Origin: Kiritimatiellia bacterium
GTDB lineage: Bacteria > Verrucomicrobiota > Kiritimatiellia > CAIQIC01 > Lenti-01
Length of the DNA stretch: 64,000 nt
Direction: 5' to 3'
Assembly (NCBI GenBank): GCA_017540905.1
Contig: JAFYAC010000018.1
Coordinates: forward strand, 42,344 to 106,343
The notes under the pieces are model-generated. The model searched no databases, was not told where the DNA came from, and was given only the letters and a program-made list of their open reading frames with translations. Both the position numbers and the translations under genes were made by a program. Position 1 is the first letter of the stretch. Every line of letters begins with the position of its first letter. This document shows positions 27,198 through 38,246 of the stretch, piece after piece.

Positions 27198-28157
27198 TCA
27201 CTTTTTCGCTTTGAAGAGCGTGAAATATTCGGGGGCGTCCGTCCTGCAGACGGCCCACGCCTTGTCGAATGCCTCGGTCATCCCGTCCGGCAGCGGCCCG
27301 CCCGCGGCGGCGGCGAGGTTCTGGGCGAGGTGCCCGGCCTTGGAGGCGCCGACGATGATGGCGTCCCCGCGCGCGGCGGAGAGCATGGAGTGGTGGACGA
27401 GCCAGCGGTAGACGGCTTCGACGAGGCCGATGCCGTGCGCGGCGGCGGCTTCCTTGAGAAGCTCGACGGCGTCGAAGCAACTCTTCTTCCAGTAGCGGTT
27501 CCGGTAGCCGGGGCGGTGGGTGAAGCGGCCGTCGTCGGGGGCGTCCTCGAACTTGCCGTAGCGGCCGGTGAGGAGCCCGCCCGCGAGGGGATTGTAGGCG
27601 CAATACCGCATCCCGAAGCGGTCCAGGCAGGCGTTGAGTTCCGTCTCGGCGCGGCGGGCGAGCGGGTTGTACATGCCTTCGTACACGGTCGGCTTGACCC
27701 AGCCCTCGCGTTCGCAGATGCGCCAGGCGTCGGCGACCATCCACGCGGGGAAGTTGCTCAACCCGAGCTCGCGGAACTTGCCCTGGCGGTGCAGGTCGGC
27801 CATCGCCTCCAACACCGATTCCACGGGCGTCGCCGGGTCGGGGAAGTGCAGGTACACCGTGTCCACGCTGGCGACGCGCAACCGCTCCAGGCTCTCGTTG
27901 ACCTGCTTGTAGGCCGCTGCGCCGTCGAGGCGCCCGCTGATGCGCGGATTGACCTTGGTGGCGATCTTGAACGGATGCCCCATGCCTTCCAGCGCCTCGC
28001 CGAGCAGCCGCTCGCACTGGCCTTCGTTGTAGACGTAGGCCGTGTCCAGCTCGGTGCCGCCGGCATCAAGGAAAAGCCGCAGGAACTCCCCCACCTCCGG
28101 CGCGAATACGCTCTCGCCGAACGTCATCGTGCCCAACACCAATTTCATTCCGTCCAT
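27198..28157 (-). CDS. Aldo/keto reductase
   Basis: 319 aa with AKR hallmarks (LDTAYVY, GLSNF). The track ORF 27198..29456 fuses it with an upstream out-of-frame artefact. Confidence 0.85.
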   Translation of the reverse strand: MDGMKLVLGTMTFGESVFAPEVGEFLRLFLDAGGTELDTAYVYNEGQCERLLGEALEGMGHPFKIATKVNPRISGRLDGAAAYKQVNESLERLRVASVDTVYLHFPDPATPVESVLEAMADLHRQGKFRELGLSNFPAWMVADAWRICEREGWVKPTVYEGMYNPLARRAETELNACLDRFGMRYCAYNPLAGGLLTGRYGKFEDAPDDGRFTHRPGYRNRYWKKSCFDAVELLKEAAAAHGIGLVEAVYRWLVHHSMLSAARGDAIIVGASKAGHLAQNLAAAAGGPLPDGMTEAFDKAWAVCRTDAPEYFTLFKAKK

Positions 28158-28195
28158 CGCATGCCTCCTTGGCCGCTCTTGCCGCCCGGCCGCAT

Positions 28196-29365
28196 TCAGT
28201 GTTTCCGCCTTGCCATGTCCTTCCGATAGGTCATGGCATGTTCCACCGCGTATCCGAAGAAGGGCAGCGGGTCCGCCCACGAGAAAATGTAGTCGTGGTT
28301 CCGGCGGAAATCGAACCACGACGGCCTTGCCGAAAAGCGGTTCGGCGACTTGAGCAGCCACATGATGTCCGTGTGGAAATAGCGCAGCCCCAGTCCTTCC
28401 CGGATGGGTTCCGTCCGCACCGGCGGCTCCACTCCGTACGCCTGGTCGAGCAGGCAGCGCACCGGCTGGCATCCCGCCAACTCGACGATTTTGACCCCGG
28501 CGGAAATCCGCCCGTTGATTTCCAGCACCTTCGCCACCCCGTCCCGCGCGTCCATGATGAAACTCACCTGCCCGAACCCTTTCCAGCCCAATGCCCGGAA
28601 GAGCCGGACTGCGTTCTCCCGGACCTCGGGCATGTCCACCGTCCGGGCGAAACAGCCCGGCCCCCCGTCGATGGGATACCAGCGGTACGTCTGGATGGTC
28701 ACGGCAAACACGGCCCGCCCTCCTTCGCCCATCATCACATAGCAGTTGCACATGTGGGTGTTCTGGGGGATGAACTCCTGGATGACATATTCGCTTTCCA
28801 CGATGTCCCCGGAGGCCATCAACGCCTCCAGCTGGGCCCGGTCGTGGATTTTGCGGAAACCGGCGGAGCCGCTGCCGCGCCTCGGTTTGGCGGCCAGGGG
28901 GAAGCGGGCGGCCGCCAGGAACTCTTCCAGGCTTTCGTCGTCCAGCTTCGTCCGCGGGCACGGGATGCCGTTTCCCATGCAGGCCGCCATCGTCCGTTGC
29001 TTGTCGTAGGCCTGGAGGAAAGCCTCGCGGGGGGCGGCAATGATCTTGAGGCCGGGATGGAGCGCGCCGATCCGCCCGTCGGTGCAGAAATCGGTCGCCC
29101 GCTCCAGCACGGGGAACAGGATGTCGTAGCCGCTCTCGAGTTCCCGGCGGACGGCGGCCTCGTAGATTGCCGCGTCCTCTCGGATCCCGTGCACCACCAG
29201 GCGCTTCGACGGATACCGCGACATCCACCCCACGTCCCACCGCGACTCGCACATGGTCGTCACGCGGCAACCGAGCCCACGCAACTGGTGGAGAAGGCTG
29301 GGAATCTGCCGTCCGTAGCCGTCCAGCAGCAACACCCGTTTCCCCTTGTAGGCATCCGTTCCCAT
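28196..29365 (-). CDS. ATP-grasp domain protein (ligase), copy 4 of the cluster
   Basis: 389 aa with an ATP-grasp-like central region (PLAAKPRRGSGSAGFRKI ... VIQEFIP ... KVLEINGR). Start shares one nucleotide with the stop of the upstream MmgE/PrpD gene. Confidence 0.7.
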   Translation of the reverse strand: MGTDAYKGKRVLLLDGYGRQIPSLLHQLRGLGCRVTTMCESRWDVGWMSRYPSKRLVVHGIREDAAIYEAAVRRELESGYDILFPVLERATDFCTDGRIGALHPGLKIIAAPREAFLQAYDKQRTMAACMGNGIPCPRTKLDDESLEEFLAAARFPLAAKPRRGSGSAGFRKIHDRAQLEALMASGDIVESEYVIQEFIPQNTHMCNCYVMMGEGGRAVFAVTIQTYRWYPIDGGPGCFARTVDMPEVRENAVRLFRALGWKGFGQVSFIMDARDGVAKVLEINGRISAGVKIVELAGCQPVRCLLDQAYGVEPPVRTEPIREGLGLRYFHTDIMWLLKSPNRFSARPSWFDFRRNHDYIFSWADPLPFFGYAVEHAMTYRKDMARRKH

Positions 29366-30702
29366 CACAGTCCCTCCAGCACCCCGGCGACCATCCCCGT
29401 CCCGGCCATGACCGCGTCGAAGATCCGGTTTCTTGTGGCGCCATCCACGCCGGCATACTCCATGAGGCCGTCGTAGCGTTCCCGGAATTCGGCGTCCGTC
29501 AACGGGTTCTCCGGCTCTCCCTTCGGGAAATCCACCCGGGCGGTGAACTCGCCGCGCGCCGTCCTGGCGGTCACCTCCGCCGTCTGCCGGCCGGGGAAGG
29601 CCTCGCTGAACCCTTCGTCGGCCTCCACCCGCACTTTGCGGGCCAGTTCCAGCAGGTCGGGCCGCGCCACGGATTCCTCCGAGAACTCTTGCAGACCCGC
29701 CTTGCCGCACAGCAATCCCGCCGCCGTCGAGAAGGGGATGCTCATCTTCGCCGAATAGGGCCCTTTCACCTCCGTATGGTCGTGCCCGGCCACGGCCAGG
29801 GAATAGGTCTTCACGGCAATCCCCTCGACCTCGTCCGGGGCAACCTGCCCGCGCAGCCGGATGGCCGCCTCCACGGCGGGGTGCGTGTAGCGGCACGAGG
29901 CGTACGGCTTCGTGTAGGTCTTCATGATGGCGTACGTGCCCCCCAGCAGCACCGGTTTGAGTTCCACGTCCGCGCGGCCCGCCATCATCTTCAGGAACCC
30001 GCGCGCCCCCCCGAGGGAATCCGGGTGGACCCGGAAGCCGGCCGACCCCATCCACAGGCTGTCGAGCGCAAGCGCCGCCGCCTTCGCCACGTTGTACGGT
30101 TTGAGTTCCGACCCTTCGTCCAGCACCGAAAGCATCCCCGACGACGCGGCGCATGCCGCCGCGAAAACCCGGAACCGTTCCTCCCCGCCGAATCCCAGCA
30201 GTTCCGCCGCCGCCAGCGCGGCCCCCGGCGTCCCGCAGGTCCCCGTCGCGTGGAATCCCCTCGCCTTGTGTTCCGGCTGGATGGTCACCGCCAGCGTGTA
30301 GGACGCCTCGTACCCCAGCACCGCCGCGCGCAACACCTCCTCCACCGTCTTTCCCCCGCGCTCCGCCAGCGGCAAGAGCAGCGAGAAAACCGGCGAACCC
30401 AGATGGATGATCCCCGAGTTCGTCCCGTCATCGTAGTCCAGCGCGTGCCCGTTGAGCCCGTTGAGGAACACCGCCTCCTTCAGCGTGAAGCGCCGCCGGG
30501 TCCCGATGGCCGCCGATGCCCCCGCCTCCGGCATCGCGGCGGCAAAGTACCGTTCCAGCTTGCCGCGCTGGAAGGCGGCCCCCGCGCACGTCACCGCCAG
30601 GTAGTCCAGCAACGACCGGCGGGCCCGCGCCATGACCTCCCCCGGCACCTCCCGGGCGCGCACGGCGTCCAGCGCCGACAGGAATTCTTCCGTACGGTTC
30701 AT
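29365..30702 (-). CDS. MmgE/PrpD family protein (2-methylcitrate dehydratase-like), copy 2
   Basis: 445 aa, two-domain MmgE/PrpD fold sequence (HALDYDD ... KPYASCRYTHPAVEA). Confidence 0.8.
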   Translation of the reverse strand: MNRTEEFLSALDAVRAREVPGEVMARARRSLLDYLAVTCAGAAFQRGKLERYFAAAMPEAGASAAIGTRRRFTLKEAVFLNGLNGHALDYDDGTNSGIIHLGSPVFSLLLPLAERGGKTVEEVLRAAVLGYEASYTLAVTIQPEHKARGFHATGTCGTPGAALAAAELLGFGGEERFRVFAAACAASSGMLSVLDEGSELKPYNVAKAAALALDSLWMGSAGFRVHPDSLGGARGFLKMMAGRADVELKPVLLGGTYAIMKTYTKPYASCRYTHPAVEAAIRLRGQVAPDEVEGIAVKTYSLAVAGHDHTEVKGPYSAKMSIPFSTAAGLLCGKAGLQEFSEESVARPDLLELARKVRVEADEGFSEAFPGRQTAEVTARTARGEFTARVDFPKGEPENPLTDAEFRERYDGLMEYAGVDGATRNRIFDAVMAGTGMVAGVLEGL

Positions 30703-30724
30703 CTCCGCAGCCCTCCGCACCCGT

Positions 30725-31835
30725 TCATTTCCGGCACCCGAGGATGATGCCGCAGATCTCGTCCACGTCCTCCAGCGCGAGGTCGGCGTAGAGCGGCAGG
30801 GTCAGGACCCGGCGGCTGACGTGCAGCGCCACCGGCGTCTTCGACACGTCGTAGGCGCCGTGGAAGGCCGAGAACGTGTTCGTCAGCGGATGGAAATATT
30901 TTCTTGCCCCGATGCCCGCCGCTGCGAGGGCGGCGAACACCTCGTTGCGGCTCGCCCCGAACGTTTCCTCCTCGAAGACGACCGGGAAATACGCGTGGTT
31001 CGGCTTCACCTCCGGCTGGACGGCGTTCAGCTGCAGGCCTTCCACGCCTTCGAGGTGCGAGCGGTAGCGCGCAACCACCTTGCCCCGCTTCGCGATTTCC
31101 GCGTCCACGTGCCGCAGGTTGCAGAGCCCCATCGCAGCGCAGAGTTCGTTCATCTTGGCGTTCGCGCCGACCGCGGACACCTCCTCGGGGCCGTGGATGC
31201 CGAAGTTCTTGAGGTCGTAGAGGATTTCCCCGAGCTTCTCGTCCCGGAAGCACACCGCCCCGCCCTCGACCGTGTTGAACGCCTTCGTCGCGTGGAAGGA
31301 AAAGCACGAGGCATCCCCGAACGTACCGATGCCCTTCCCCTTGTACGTCTCCCCGAAGGTGTGAGCCGCGTCGTACACGACCTTCAGTTCGTGCTTCCTG
31401 GCAATCCGTTCGATTTCCTCCACGTTGCAGACGTTTCCGTACACGTGGACCGGCAGGATTGCGCACGTCCGGTCGGTGATCAACTCCTCCAGCTTCTCCG
31501 TGTCCATCGTGTACGTCACAGGATCGATGTCGCAGAACACGGGGGTGAGGCCGTTGCGGACAATGGCGTGCGTCGTCGAGGCGAACGTGAACGGCGTCGT
31601 GATGACCTCCCCTTGCAGGTTGAGCGCCTGGAGGGTCAGCTCGATGGCCATGTGCCCGTTCGTGAACAGGTCGATGCGCTCCACGCCCAAGTACTTGCAC
31701 AATTCCTCCTGCAGGAGCTTGTGCTTCGGCCCCATGTTCGTCAGCCAGTGGGTCTCCCAGAGCTCCCGGATTTCATCGACGAATTCCTCCAGCGGCGGCA
31801 TCGACGAGCGGGTCACGAGTATCCGTTTTTTCATG
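30725..31835 (-). CDS. DegT/DnrJ/EryC1/StrS family PLP-dependent aminotransferase
   Basis: 370 aa with the PLP-lysine motif SFHATKAFNTVEGG. Confidence 0.85.
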
Positions 31836-32799
31836 GGCGGTTTCCTTTCGGTGGGGTGGGGGAGGAGCGGGAGGGAAGCGCGTCCCGGACGGCGGTGAAC
31901 GCCACGGCCGCGCAAACGGCCCCGGCGACGCACAGCAACGGGCGGAGATACGCCACGGCCGTGTTGCCGGCGATGCCCGCGGCGGAGTAGAAGCGGTCGA
32001 GCAGGTGCCACACGGCGGGGTGGAGAACATAGACGAGCATGGAGTACTTCAGCCCGAGGACGGCCAGGCGCGAGCCTTCGCCCCACGCGGGATTCCGGAC
32101 GCACAGCAGGAAGAGGGCCGTGACCTGCGGGAACGTCACGATGTTCACCCCGAAATCGCGTCCCAGCAAAGCCCGTTCGACCGGGCACAGGAGGGTGGAG
32201 ACCGCCAGCACGGTCCAGAGCAGCCGGTTGGAAACCCGTATCCGCCCGGCGTTGGTCCGCAAGAGGTATCCGAGGGAAAACAGCGAAAAACCTTCAATCA
32301 GGAAATTCCGGTACCACATGTTGGGAATCTTGATTCCCGCAAGGTGCGCTCCCTGGGCCATGGCGATGTACACCGCGATGCCGGCGGGCACGGCAACCCA
32401 CGGCACCCACCGCAAGCCCTTGCGGTCGAACAGTGCGAACAGCGCGTAGTCGTACAGCAGGGCGAAAAGGAACCACATCTGGCCCGCGATGTAGAACGTT
32501 TTGTTGAACAACACCCAGTTGCGGAGCGCTTTGAAGTCCGGCCATCCCTCCCACGGGGCGTACAGCGGCGTCACCAGCACGTAGAACAGCGTCGTCCACA
32601 GTACAATCTCCAGCACGTGTCGGATCTTCTTCCCGTAGTCCGGGCGGCCCTTCGGGGAGTGGCAGAAATAGCCGCTGACCATGAAGAAGAACGGCACGCC
32701 GAACCGCGCCAGGCACTGCACCAGCGTCCCCAGGCGCCCCGGGAACTCGCAGTGCATGAAAACGATGGCGATGCACGCCAGCCCCTTCACTGCATCCAT
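31831..32799 (-). CDS. Acyltransferase family 3 (membrane O-acyltransferase)
   Basis: 322-aa polytopic membrane protein beginning MDAVKGLACIAIVFMHCEF with the family-3 acyltransferase pattern. Confidence 0.7.
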   Translation of the reverse strand: MDAVKGLACIAIVFMHCEFPGRLGTLVQCLARFGVPFFFMVSGYFCHSPKGRPDYGKKIRHVLEIVLWTTLFYVLVTPLYAPWEGWPDFKALRNWVLFNKTFYIAGQMWFLFALLYDYALFALFDRKGLRWVPWVAVPAGIAVYIAMAQGAHLAGIKIPNMWYRNFLIEGFSLFSLGYLLRTNAGRIRVSNRLLWTVLAVSTLLCPVERALLGRDFGVNIVTFPQVTALFLLCVRNPAWGEGSRLAVLGLKYSMLVYVLHPAVWHLLDRFYSAAGIAGNTAVAYLRPLLCVAGAVCAAVAFTAVRDALPSRSSPTPPKGNRP

Positions 32800-32849
32800 G
32801 CAGTAGTTGCGCCCGGCCGGAACGGCCGCAGGATGTAAAGAAAGGGCAT

Positions 32850-34280
32850 TCACTTCAAGCTTTGCCGGACACGGCTCCTCCGACGATAGAAAACCACTCC
32901 CATCACGATCCACGCTGCCAGGCAGACCATGGATTCCTTTCCAAGCGAACAGCCGAACGTCTTGATCGGCACCAGCAGGAGGATGCAGAAGACCAGGCCC
33001 ATGATGGTTCCGAGGATGCCGGTCAGGACGAGGCCCGGCTTCTTTTCGGCGAGGGCGTACTTGACCGCCGCGAGGGAGGTGTAGCCGTAGCCGATGGCCG
33101 CGCCCAGGGACGACATGTCCACGATCCACCCGAGGGCCGTCCGCCCGAAGAAGGGGGCGACCACGGCGATGGCCATCACGAAGAGGATGGCGTTCTTCGG
33201 CGTCTTGTAGCGGGGATGCAGTTCCCCGAACCAGGCGGGGAGGACCTTTTCCTTGGCCATCGAATAGAGCAGGCGGCTGGTCGCCATGTAGAAGCCGACG
33301 ATGCCGGAGAGGATCGCCGCCAGCACCGAAATGCCGAGGAAGACCAGGCCCGCCGGGCCCAGCAGCGTCCTGGCCGCGTGGAAGGTGGGCAGCGCCAGGA
33401 GGCCGTCCAGGTTGGGCAGGTCGTCGATGTATTCCACCCAGGAGGCGTAGCCTTCGGGAACGACCATCGCGGTCACGGTGTTGAGGATGACGTACACGGC
33501 CCCGCCGAAGACGATGGAAATGGCCATGATCGCCTTGGTCTTGGCCGGGGAGAAGCGGAATTCCTCGGCGGCCTGCGGGATGGTGTCGAAGCCGACGAAC
33601 GCCCACGGCGCGACGGCCACGACGGCGAGGATGCCGCCGAGCGCGCCCGCCGAAGCGGTGGCGCCGTGGCGGTAGAATCCGGGCGAGAGGTTGGACAGGC
33701 TGGCCTTGTCGCTCACGAGGGCCGCCGCCGCCACCACCAGCACCCCGCCCACCAGGGCGAACACCAGGCCGGTCTGGAACAGCCCCGCGAAGCGGACACC
33801 CCGGATGCTCATGCCCGCGATGGCCACCAGCGCGACCAAGGCCAGCAGGATCTCGCCGAAATAGACGTCGTATCCCGCCACGGAATAATGGAATCCGACC
33901 TGGAACACGTTGTGCAGGAGGTTCCGCCCGATCAGCGCGAGGGCGGTCCCGTTCAGCGGCACGATGCACAGGTACGACAGCCCCAGGAACCACGAGCAGA
34001 CGAAGGCGTGTGTGCTCCCGAACGCCTGCTGGGCATACGCGAACTCCCCGCCCGCCACCGGGAACTTGTTGATCATGAAGTGGTAGTTGAACGCGATGAC
34101 GATCATGACGAGCGTCGCGATGCCCATCGCGATGGCGGTCCCGAGCGGCCCCGCCTTGCCCAGGAACGTGTTCCCCGGCATCACGAACGCCCCCCATCCG
34201 ATGATGCAGCCCAGGGCCAGCGCCCAGACGTTGACGGGCGAGAGTTTCTTTTCCAGTTTGAGTTCGGTGCTTTGGGTCAT
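32850..34280 (-). CDS. APC-superfamily amino acid permease
   Basis: 476 aa, 12-TM, N-terminal LSPVNVWALALGCIIGWGAFVMPG signature. Confidence 0.85.
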   Translation of the reverse strand: MTQSTELKLEKKLSPVNVWALALGCIIGWGAFVMPGNTFLGKAGPLGTAIAMGIATLVMIVIAFNYHFMINKFPVAGGEFAYAQQAFGSTHAFVCSWFLGLSYLCIVPLNGTALALIGRNLLHNVFQVGFHYSVAGYDVYFGEILLALVALVAIAGMSIRGVRFAGLFQTGLVFALVGGVLVVAAAALVSDKASLSNLSPGFYRHGATASAGALGGILAVVAVAPWAFVGFDTIPQAAEEFRFSPAKTKAIMAISIVFGGAVYVILNTVTAMVVPEGYASWVEYIDDLPNLDGLLALPTFHAARTLLGPAGLVFLGISVLAAILSGIVGFYMATSRLLYSMAKEKVLPAWFGELHPRYKTPKNAILFVMAIAVVAPFFGRTALGWIVDMSSLGAAIGYGYTSLAAVKYALAEKKPGLVLTGILGTIMGLVFCILLLVPIKTFGCSLGKESMVCLAAWIVMGVVFYRRRSRVRQSLK

Positions 34281-34326
34281 GGCGTGTGCTTTCTTTCTGG
34301 GGTGGATTCCTTGCGGGCCTGTGGCG

Positions 34327-35778
34327 TCATGCCTGCGGTGCGCCGCCTTCGATGGAGGAGAGGTCCACAGTGCCGAAGCGGTCCTTGTACACCAGTTTGC
34401 TCGAGATGTAGAACAGGACGCCCAAGACGGTCCAGGCGGCGACGATGGCCCATTCCTGGGGGACGAGGGTGCAACCCGTCCCGGGCAGGATGAACATGAG
34501 CACCATCACGCCCGACATGAGGGCGGCCACGACGCCGACGGGGCCGTGGAGGGGGACCCTGAACGGCCGGTGCATGTCCGGGGCCGTGCGGCGCAGGCGG
34601 AGGAACGAGAGGGCCACGATGCCGTAGGCGATGCAACAGGCGAAGCTCGCGGTGTCGGCGATCCACACCAGCGCCGTCTTGCCGAAGAAGGGCGCGACCA
34701 GCGACAGGACGCAGATGAGCAGCAGGGCGTTGACCGGCGTCTTGTGGCGGGGATGGACCTTGGAGAACCGCCGCGGGATCATCCGGGCCTTCGCCATCGA
34801 GAAGATGGCGCGGCTGCCGCCGATGAAGAACGCGTTCCAGCTCGTGGCGATGCCACACAGCCCGCCGACGATCAGCACCTTGGCCATCGCGGAGCTGCCG
34901 AACGCCCGCGCCATCGCGTCGGCGGCCACCAGGCCGGACCCCGCCATGGATTCCGCCACGGCGCCCGTGTCCAGGACGTAGCCGATGCCGAAAATGACCA
35001 GCGCGTAGAACGCGACCGCGAAGAGGATCGACGCCAGCAGCAGCCAGCCGATTTTCCGGAGCGGGATGTTGATTTCCTCGGCGACCTGCGGGATGACGTC
35101 GAACCCCATCAGGAAGAAGGGCGCGACCACCGCCACCGAAAGCATGTTGCGCACGACGGCGAACGCCCCGTCTCCCACCATCCACTGGCCCTCCAGATTC
35201 GCGGGGCTCCCCCGGAAGGCCGACGCCGCCACCAGCAGGATGCCCACCAGGGCGATCGTCACCGTCAGGATGGTCTGGAACACGGCGGCCGCCTTGACGC
35301 CCCGGATGTTCACCCACGTGATGGCGAGGGTCACCAGCGTGGCGAGGAGCACCCACGTCGCGTGGATATCGAAGCCCGCGACGGAATACATGTAGCCCTT
35401 GACGAAGCCCGGGAAGATGTACTGCACAATCGTCGGCAGGGAACACGCCTCGAAGCACACGACCCCGACGTAGGACAGGATCAGCGCCCAGGTGCAGACG
35501 AACGAGCCCGTGGGCCCGAACGCCTTGAAGCTGAACACGTGCTCGCCGCCCGCCTTGGGCATCGCCGGCGTCAGCTCGGCGTAGGTCAGCCCCACGAAGT
35601 AGAGCATGACGCCGCCGATGACGAACCCCAGCACGCTGCTCATCACGCCGGCATTCTGGATCCAGCCGCCCGACGACACCACCCAACCCCAGCCAATCAT
35701 CGCCCCGAACGCGACCACCAGGATGTCCCCGGTGTTCAGGACCCGCTTGAAAGAACCACTCTTGCCGGTTTTCCCCAT
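34327..35778 (-). CDS. APC-superfamily amino acid permease, second copy
   Basis: 483 aa, GDILVVAFGAMIGWGWVVSSG signature; paralogous to the preceding permease. Confidence 0.85.
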   Translation of the reverse strand: MGKTGKSGSFKRVLNTGDILVVAFGAMIGWGWVVSSGGWIQNAGVMSSVLGFVIGGVMLYFVGLTYAELTPAMPKAGGEHVFSFKAFGPTGSFVCTWALILSYVGVVCFEACSLPTIVQYIFPGFVKGYMYSVAGFDIHATWVLLATLVTLAITWVNIRGVKAAAVFQTILTVTIALVGILLVAASAFRGSPANLEGQWMVGDGAFAVVRNMLSVAVVAPFFLMGFDVIPQVAEEINIPLRKIGWLLLASILFAVAFYALVIFGIGYVLDTGAVAESMAGSGLVAADAMARAFGSSAMAKVLIVGGLCGIATSWNAFFIGGSRAIFSMAKARMIPRRFSKVHPRHKTPVNALLLICVLSLVAPFFGKTALVWIADTASFACCIAYGIVALSFLRLRRTAPDMHRPFRVPLHGPVGVVAALMSGVMVLMFILPGTGCTLVPQEWAIVAAWTVLGVLFYISSKLVYKDRFGTVDLSSIEGGAPQA

Positions 35779-35829
35779 CGATTTCCGCTTTCCGTTACCA
35801 TTCCGTTTGCCAGGACTGCGCCGACCGGC

Positions 35830-36972
35830 CTAGGCCTCCCACCAGAACTGCTTGTCCAGCTTCCAGCCGATCAAGTCCTCGAACTCCTTCTTCATGCCTT
35901 TCTGCCGGTAGAGCTGCCACATGAAATCGCCGCTGTAGTTGCCTTCCATGACACACCAGCCATTCTGTTTCGTCAGGACGAAGTCCCAGCCGACGTAACC
36001 GAATTTCGGCAACCTTCCGGCGCAGTCCCTGGCCATGTCCACCAATTCCTTCCAACGGGGAATTTGGAAGCCGACGAACGGGATGTGGCTGTCGGGATGG
36101 GCGTCGAACACCTCGTCCGTTTCGTTCATTCCGGGGGTATCGATGATGCCGGTTTCCGCATCGATGCCGGCATCGAGCGTCCCAAAGACGGCGCTGGTCA
36201 GAAAATTGCCGCCACGGCCTACCTTGAACCAGGGCTGGTAAATGTGGACATGCCCGTCCACATTGACGGTCGGGACGCGCACGCCGTTGACGGACTGGGG
36301 GTGGAACGCGGCCATTTCGTCCGCCTGTTCGATCAGTTCCTCCAGCACCACGGAAGATTCATGCCCTCTCCTGAATTTTTCCCGGTTGGCGGTGCCTTCC
36401 GCCAGCAGCTCTCCGAAGAAGGCACGCTTCCGCGCCGTGTCCATTCCCGCGACGGAGTCCCTGCGGACGCCGCGCCCGCCGCTCATGTCGGTGGGTTTCA
36501 CGACAAATTCCGGGTGCTTGTCCGTGAAGGCGAGGAATGTTTCCCAATCCGCCTCCGAGGAGCACAGGATGACATCGCGCTTGAAGTATTCCGGGAAAAG
36601 CCGGTACGTCTCGTATTTGTTGAACAGCAGGTGCTTTTCTTCCCTGGGGTTGAGGTGGTCCATGTAGAGCAGGCGCACGCGGAAGGCCATGTACTCCAGC
36701 TTTTCCGCATGGGTCTTGCGGGCGAAACCGTAGTAAAAGTATTCGTCGTAGGTGCTGCCGTAGACCCAGTAGTGGTAGATGGTCGCCAGAATCGCGTCCC
36801 CGACTTCCCCGTCCGTCGCCACCGGCATCCGCTTGCGGACGGCGGCCTCAATCTCGGCCATTGCCTTCTCGCCGTACTTGTCGGGCTTCAGGGCCATGAT
36901 TTCCCGGGCAATGGCCTTCATTTCGGAGGGATTGTCGGTGATCCGGATGATGTCTTTCAGCTTGTCGTTCAT
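35830..36972 (-). CDS. TupA-like (sugar-transfer-associated) ATP-grasp protein
   Basis: 380 aa. C-terminal FVVKPTDMSGGRGV ... GWDFVLTKQNGWCVMEGN resembles the TupA-type ATP-grasp seen in glycan or teichuronopeptide loci. Overlaps the upstream gene by 4 nt. Confidence 0.6.
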   Translation of the reverse strand: MNDKLKDIIRITDNPSEMKAIAREIMALKPDKYGEKAMAEIEAAVRKRMPVATDGEVGDAILATIYHYWVYGSTYDEYFYYGFARKTHAEKLEYMAFRVRLLYMDHLNPREEKHLLFNKYETYRLFPEYFKRDVILCSSEADWETFLAFTDKHPEFVVKPTDMSGGRGVRRDSVAGMDTARKRAFFGELLAEGTANREKFRRGHESSVVLEELIEQADEMAAFHPQSVNGVRVPTVNVDGHVHIYQPWFKVGRGGNFLTSAVFGTLDAGIDAETGIIDTPGMNETDEVFDAHPDSHIPFVGFQIPRWKELVDMARDCAGRLPKFGYVGWDFVLTKQNGWCVMEGNYSGDFMWQLYRQKGMKKEFEDLIGWKLDKQFWWEA

Positions 36973-38234
36973 GGGTTCTCCTCCGTTGTTGGCAGGTAGG
37001 CGTCGAGCATGGCGCGTTTTTGGCGGATTTCTTCGGGGGACATCGGGTTTTCGGGTTCCCCCTTGGCGTAATCGACCTGCTCGCGGAGGGTGGTGCCGTC
37101 CTTGAGGCGGACGGTCACGGCGGCGACCCGTTTGGCGGGGCAGAGTTCGCTGAATCCGGCGTTTTCGGCGACGCGGATTTTGGGGGCCAGTTCCAGGGCG
37201 GCGGGGTCCGGCGGTTCGAAGAGGGAGAGGTCGGCCCGCCCGTGCAGCAACGCGCAGGCGACGGCGTAGGGGGTGCTGAGCTTGGCCGAAGCGGCGCCGC
37301 GGATGTCGGAGTGGTCGTGCCCGCGCACGCCCAGGCGGTAGGTTTCCACCAGGACGCTTTCGATCTGCCCCGGAACGATGCCCGGATGGAGGCGGATGGC
37401 GGCCTCGACGGCGGAATGGCTGTGGCGGCAGGAGGCGTACGGCTTGACGTAGATGCGCTCGATTTCGAACCCCTCCGCGGGCCCGGCGAGTTTGTCGGCA
37501 TCGAAGCCGTCGGAGAAGATCTTGAAAAAGCCCCTGTCGCCATCGAGCATGTCGTCGGGGGGGACGAAGCCGGTGAGCCCCATGAAGGCGGCGGCGACGC
37601 CATCCATGGCGGCCCGACCGAGGTTGTAGGGCTTGAGTTCGGACTGCTGCTCCTGGATTTCGAGCATCCCGGCGGCGCTCCCGGCGGCCACGGCGATGAC
37701 CCGCTTGAGCTGTCCGGCGTCCATGCCCAGGGCGAACGCGCCGCCGACGGCGGCCCCGACCGTGCCGCAGGTCCCGGAGGCGTGGAAACCCTTCAGTTTG
37801 TGCCCCGGCTGGATGGCGATGGCCAGGCGGCAGGCGGCCTCGTAGCCCATCACGATGCCTTTGAGGACCGCGTCCTCCCCGAGGCCGCATTCGGCGCGGA
37901 CCGATTCGATGGCGGAAATCACGCAGGCACCGAGGTGGATCATGGCGAAGCGCTGTCCGTCGTCCAGCTCCAGGCTGTGGGCGTTGAAGCCGTTGACGAG
38001 GGCCGCGGTTTTGCCGTCGGTGCAACGTCCGCACCCCAGCAGCGGGACGGGGCCGTCCGGGCAGCGGGAGAGCAAATCCCGCCATTTGGCGCGGTTTTTG
38101 CGCGCGCCGGCGGCGGCGACCGCGAGGTAGTCGGCGCGGCAGTCCGCGGCCTTCGCGAGCACGGCGGGGCCGATTTGCCGGGCCTTCCCCGAGAGATATC
38201 CGGCAAAACGGTCCTGCATGTTCCCGCTGGGCAT
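36969..38234 (-). CDS. MmgE/PrpD family protein, copy 1
   Basis: 421 aa, paralog of 29365..30702 (HSLELDDG ... KPYASCRHSHSAVEA). Confidence 0.8.
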   Translation of the reverse strand: MPSGNMQDRFAGYLSGKARQIGPAVLAKAADCRADYLAVAAAGARKNRAKWRDLLSRCPDGPVPLLGCGRCTDGKTAALVNGFNAHSLELDDGQRFAMIHLGACVISAIESVRAECGLGEDAVLKGIVMGYEAACRLAIAIQPGHKLKGFHASGTCGTVGAAVGGAFALGMDAGQLKRVIAVAAGSAAGMLEIQEQQSELKPYNLGRAAMDGVAAAFMGLTGFVPPDDMLDGDRGFFKIFSDGFDADKLAGPAEGFEIERIYVKPYASCRHSHSAVEAAIRLHPGIVPGQIESVLVETYRLGVRGHDHSDIRGAASAKLSTPYAVACALLHGRADLSLFEPPDPAALELAPKIRVAENAGFSELCPAKRVAAVTVRLKDGTTLREQVDYAKGEPENPMSPEEIRQKRAMLDAYLPTTEENP

Positions 38235-38246
38235 GTCCGGCTCCGC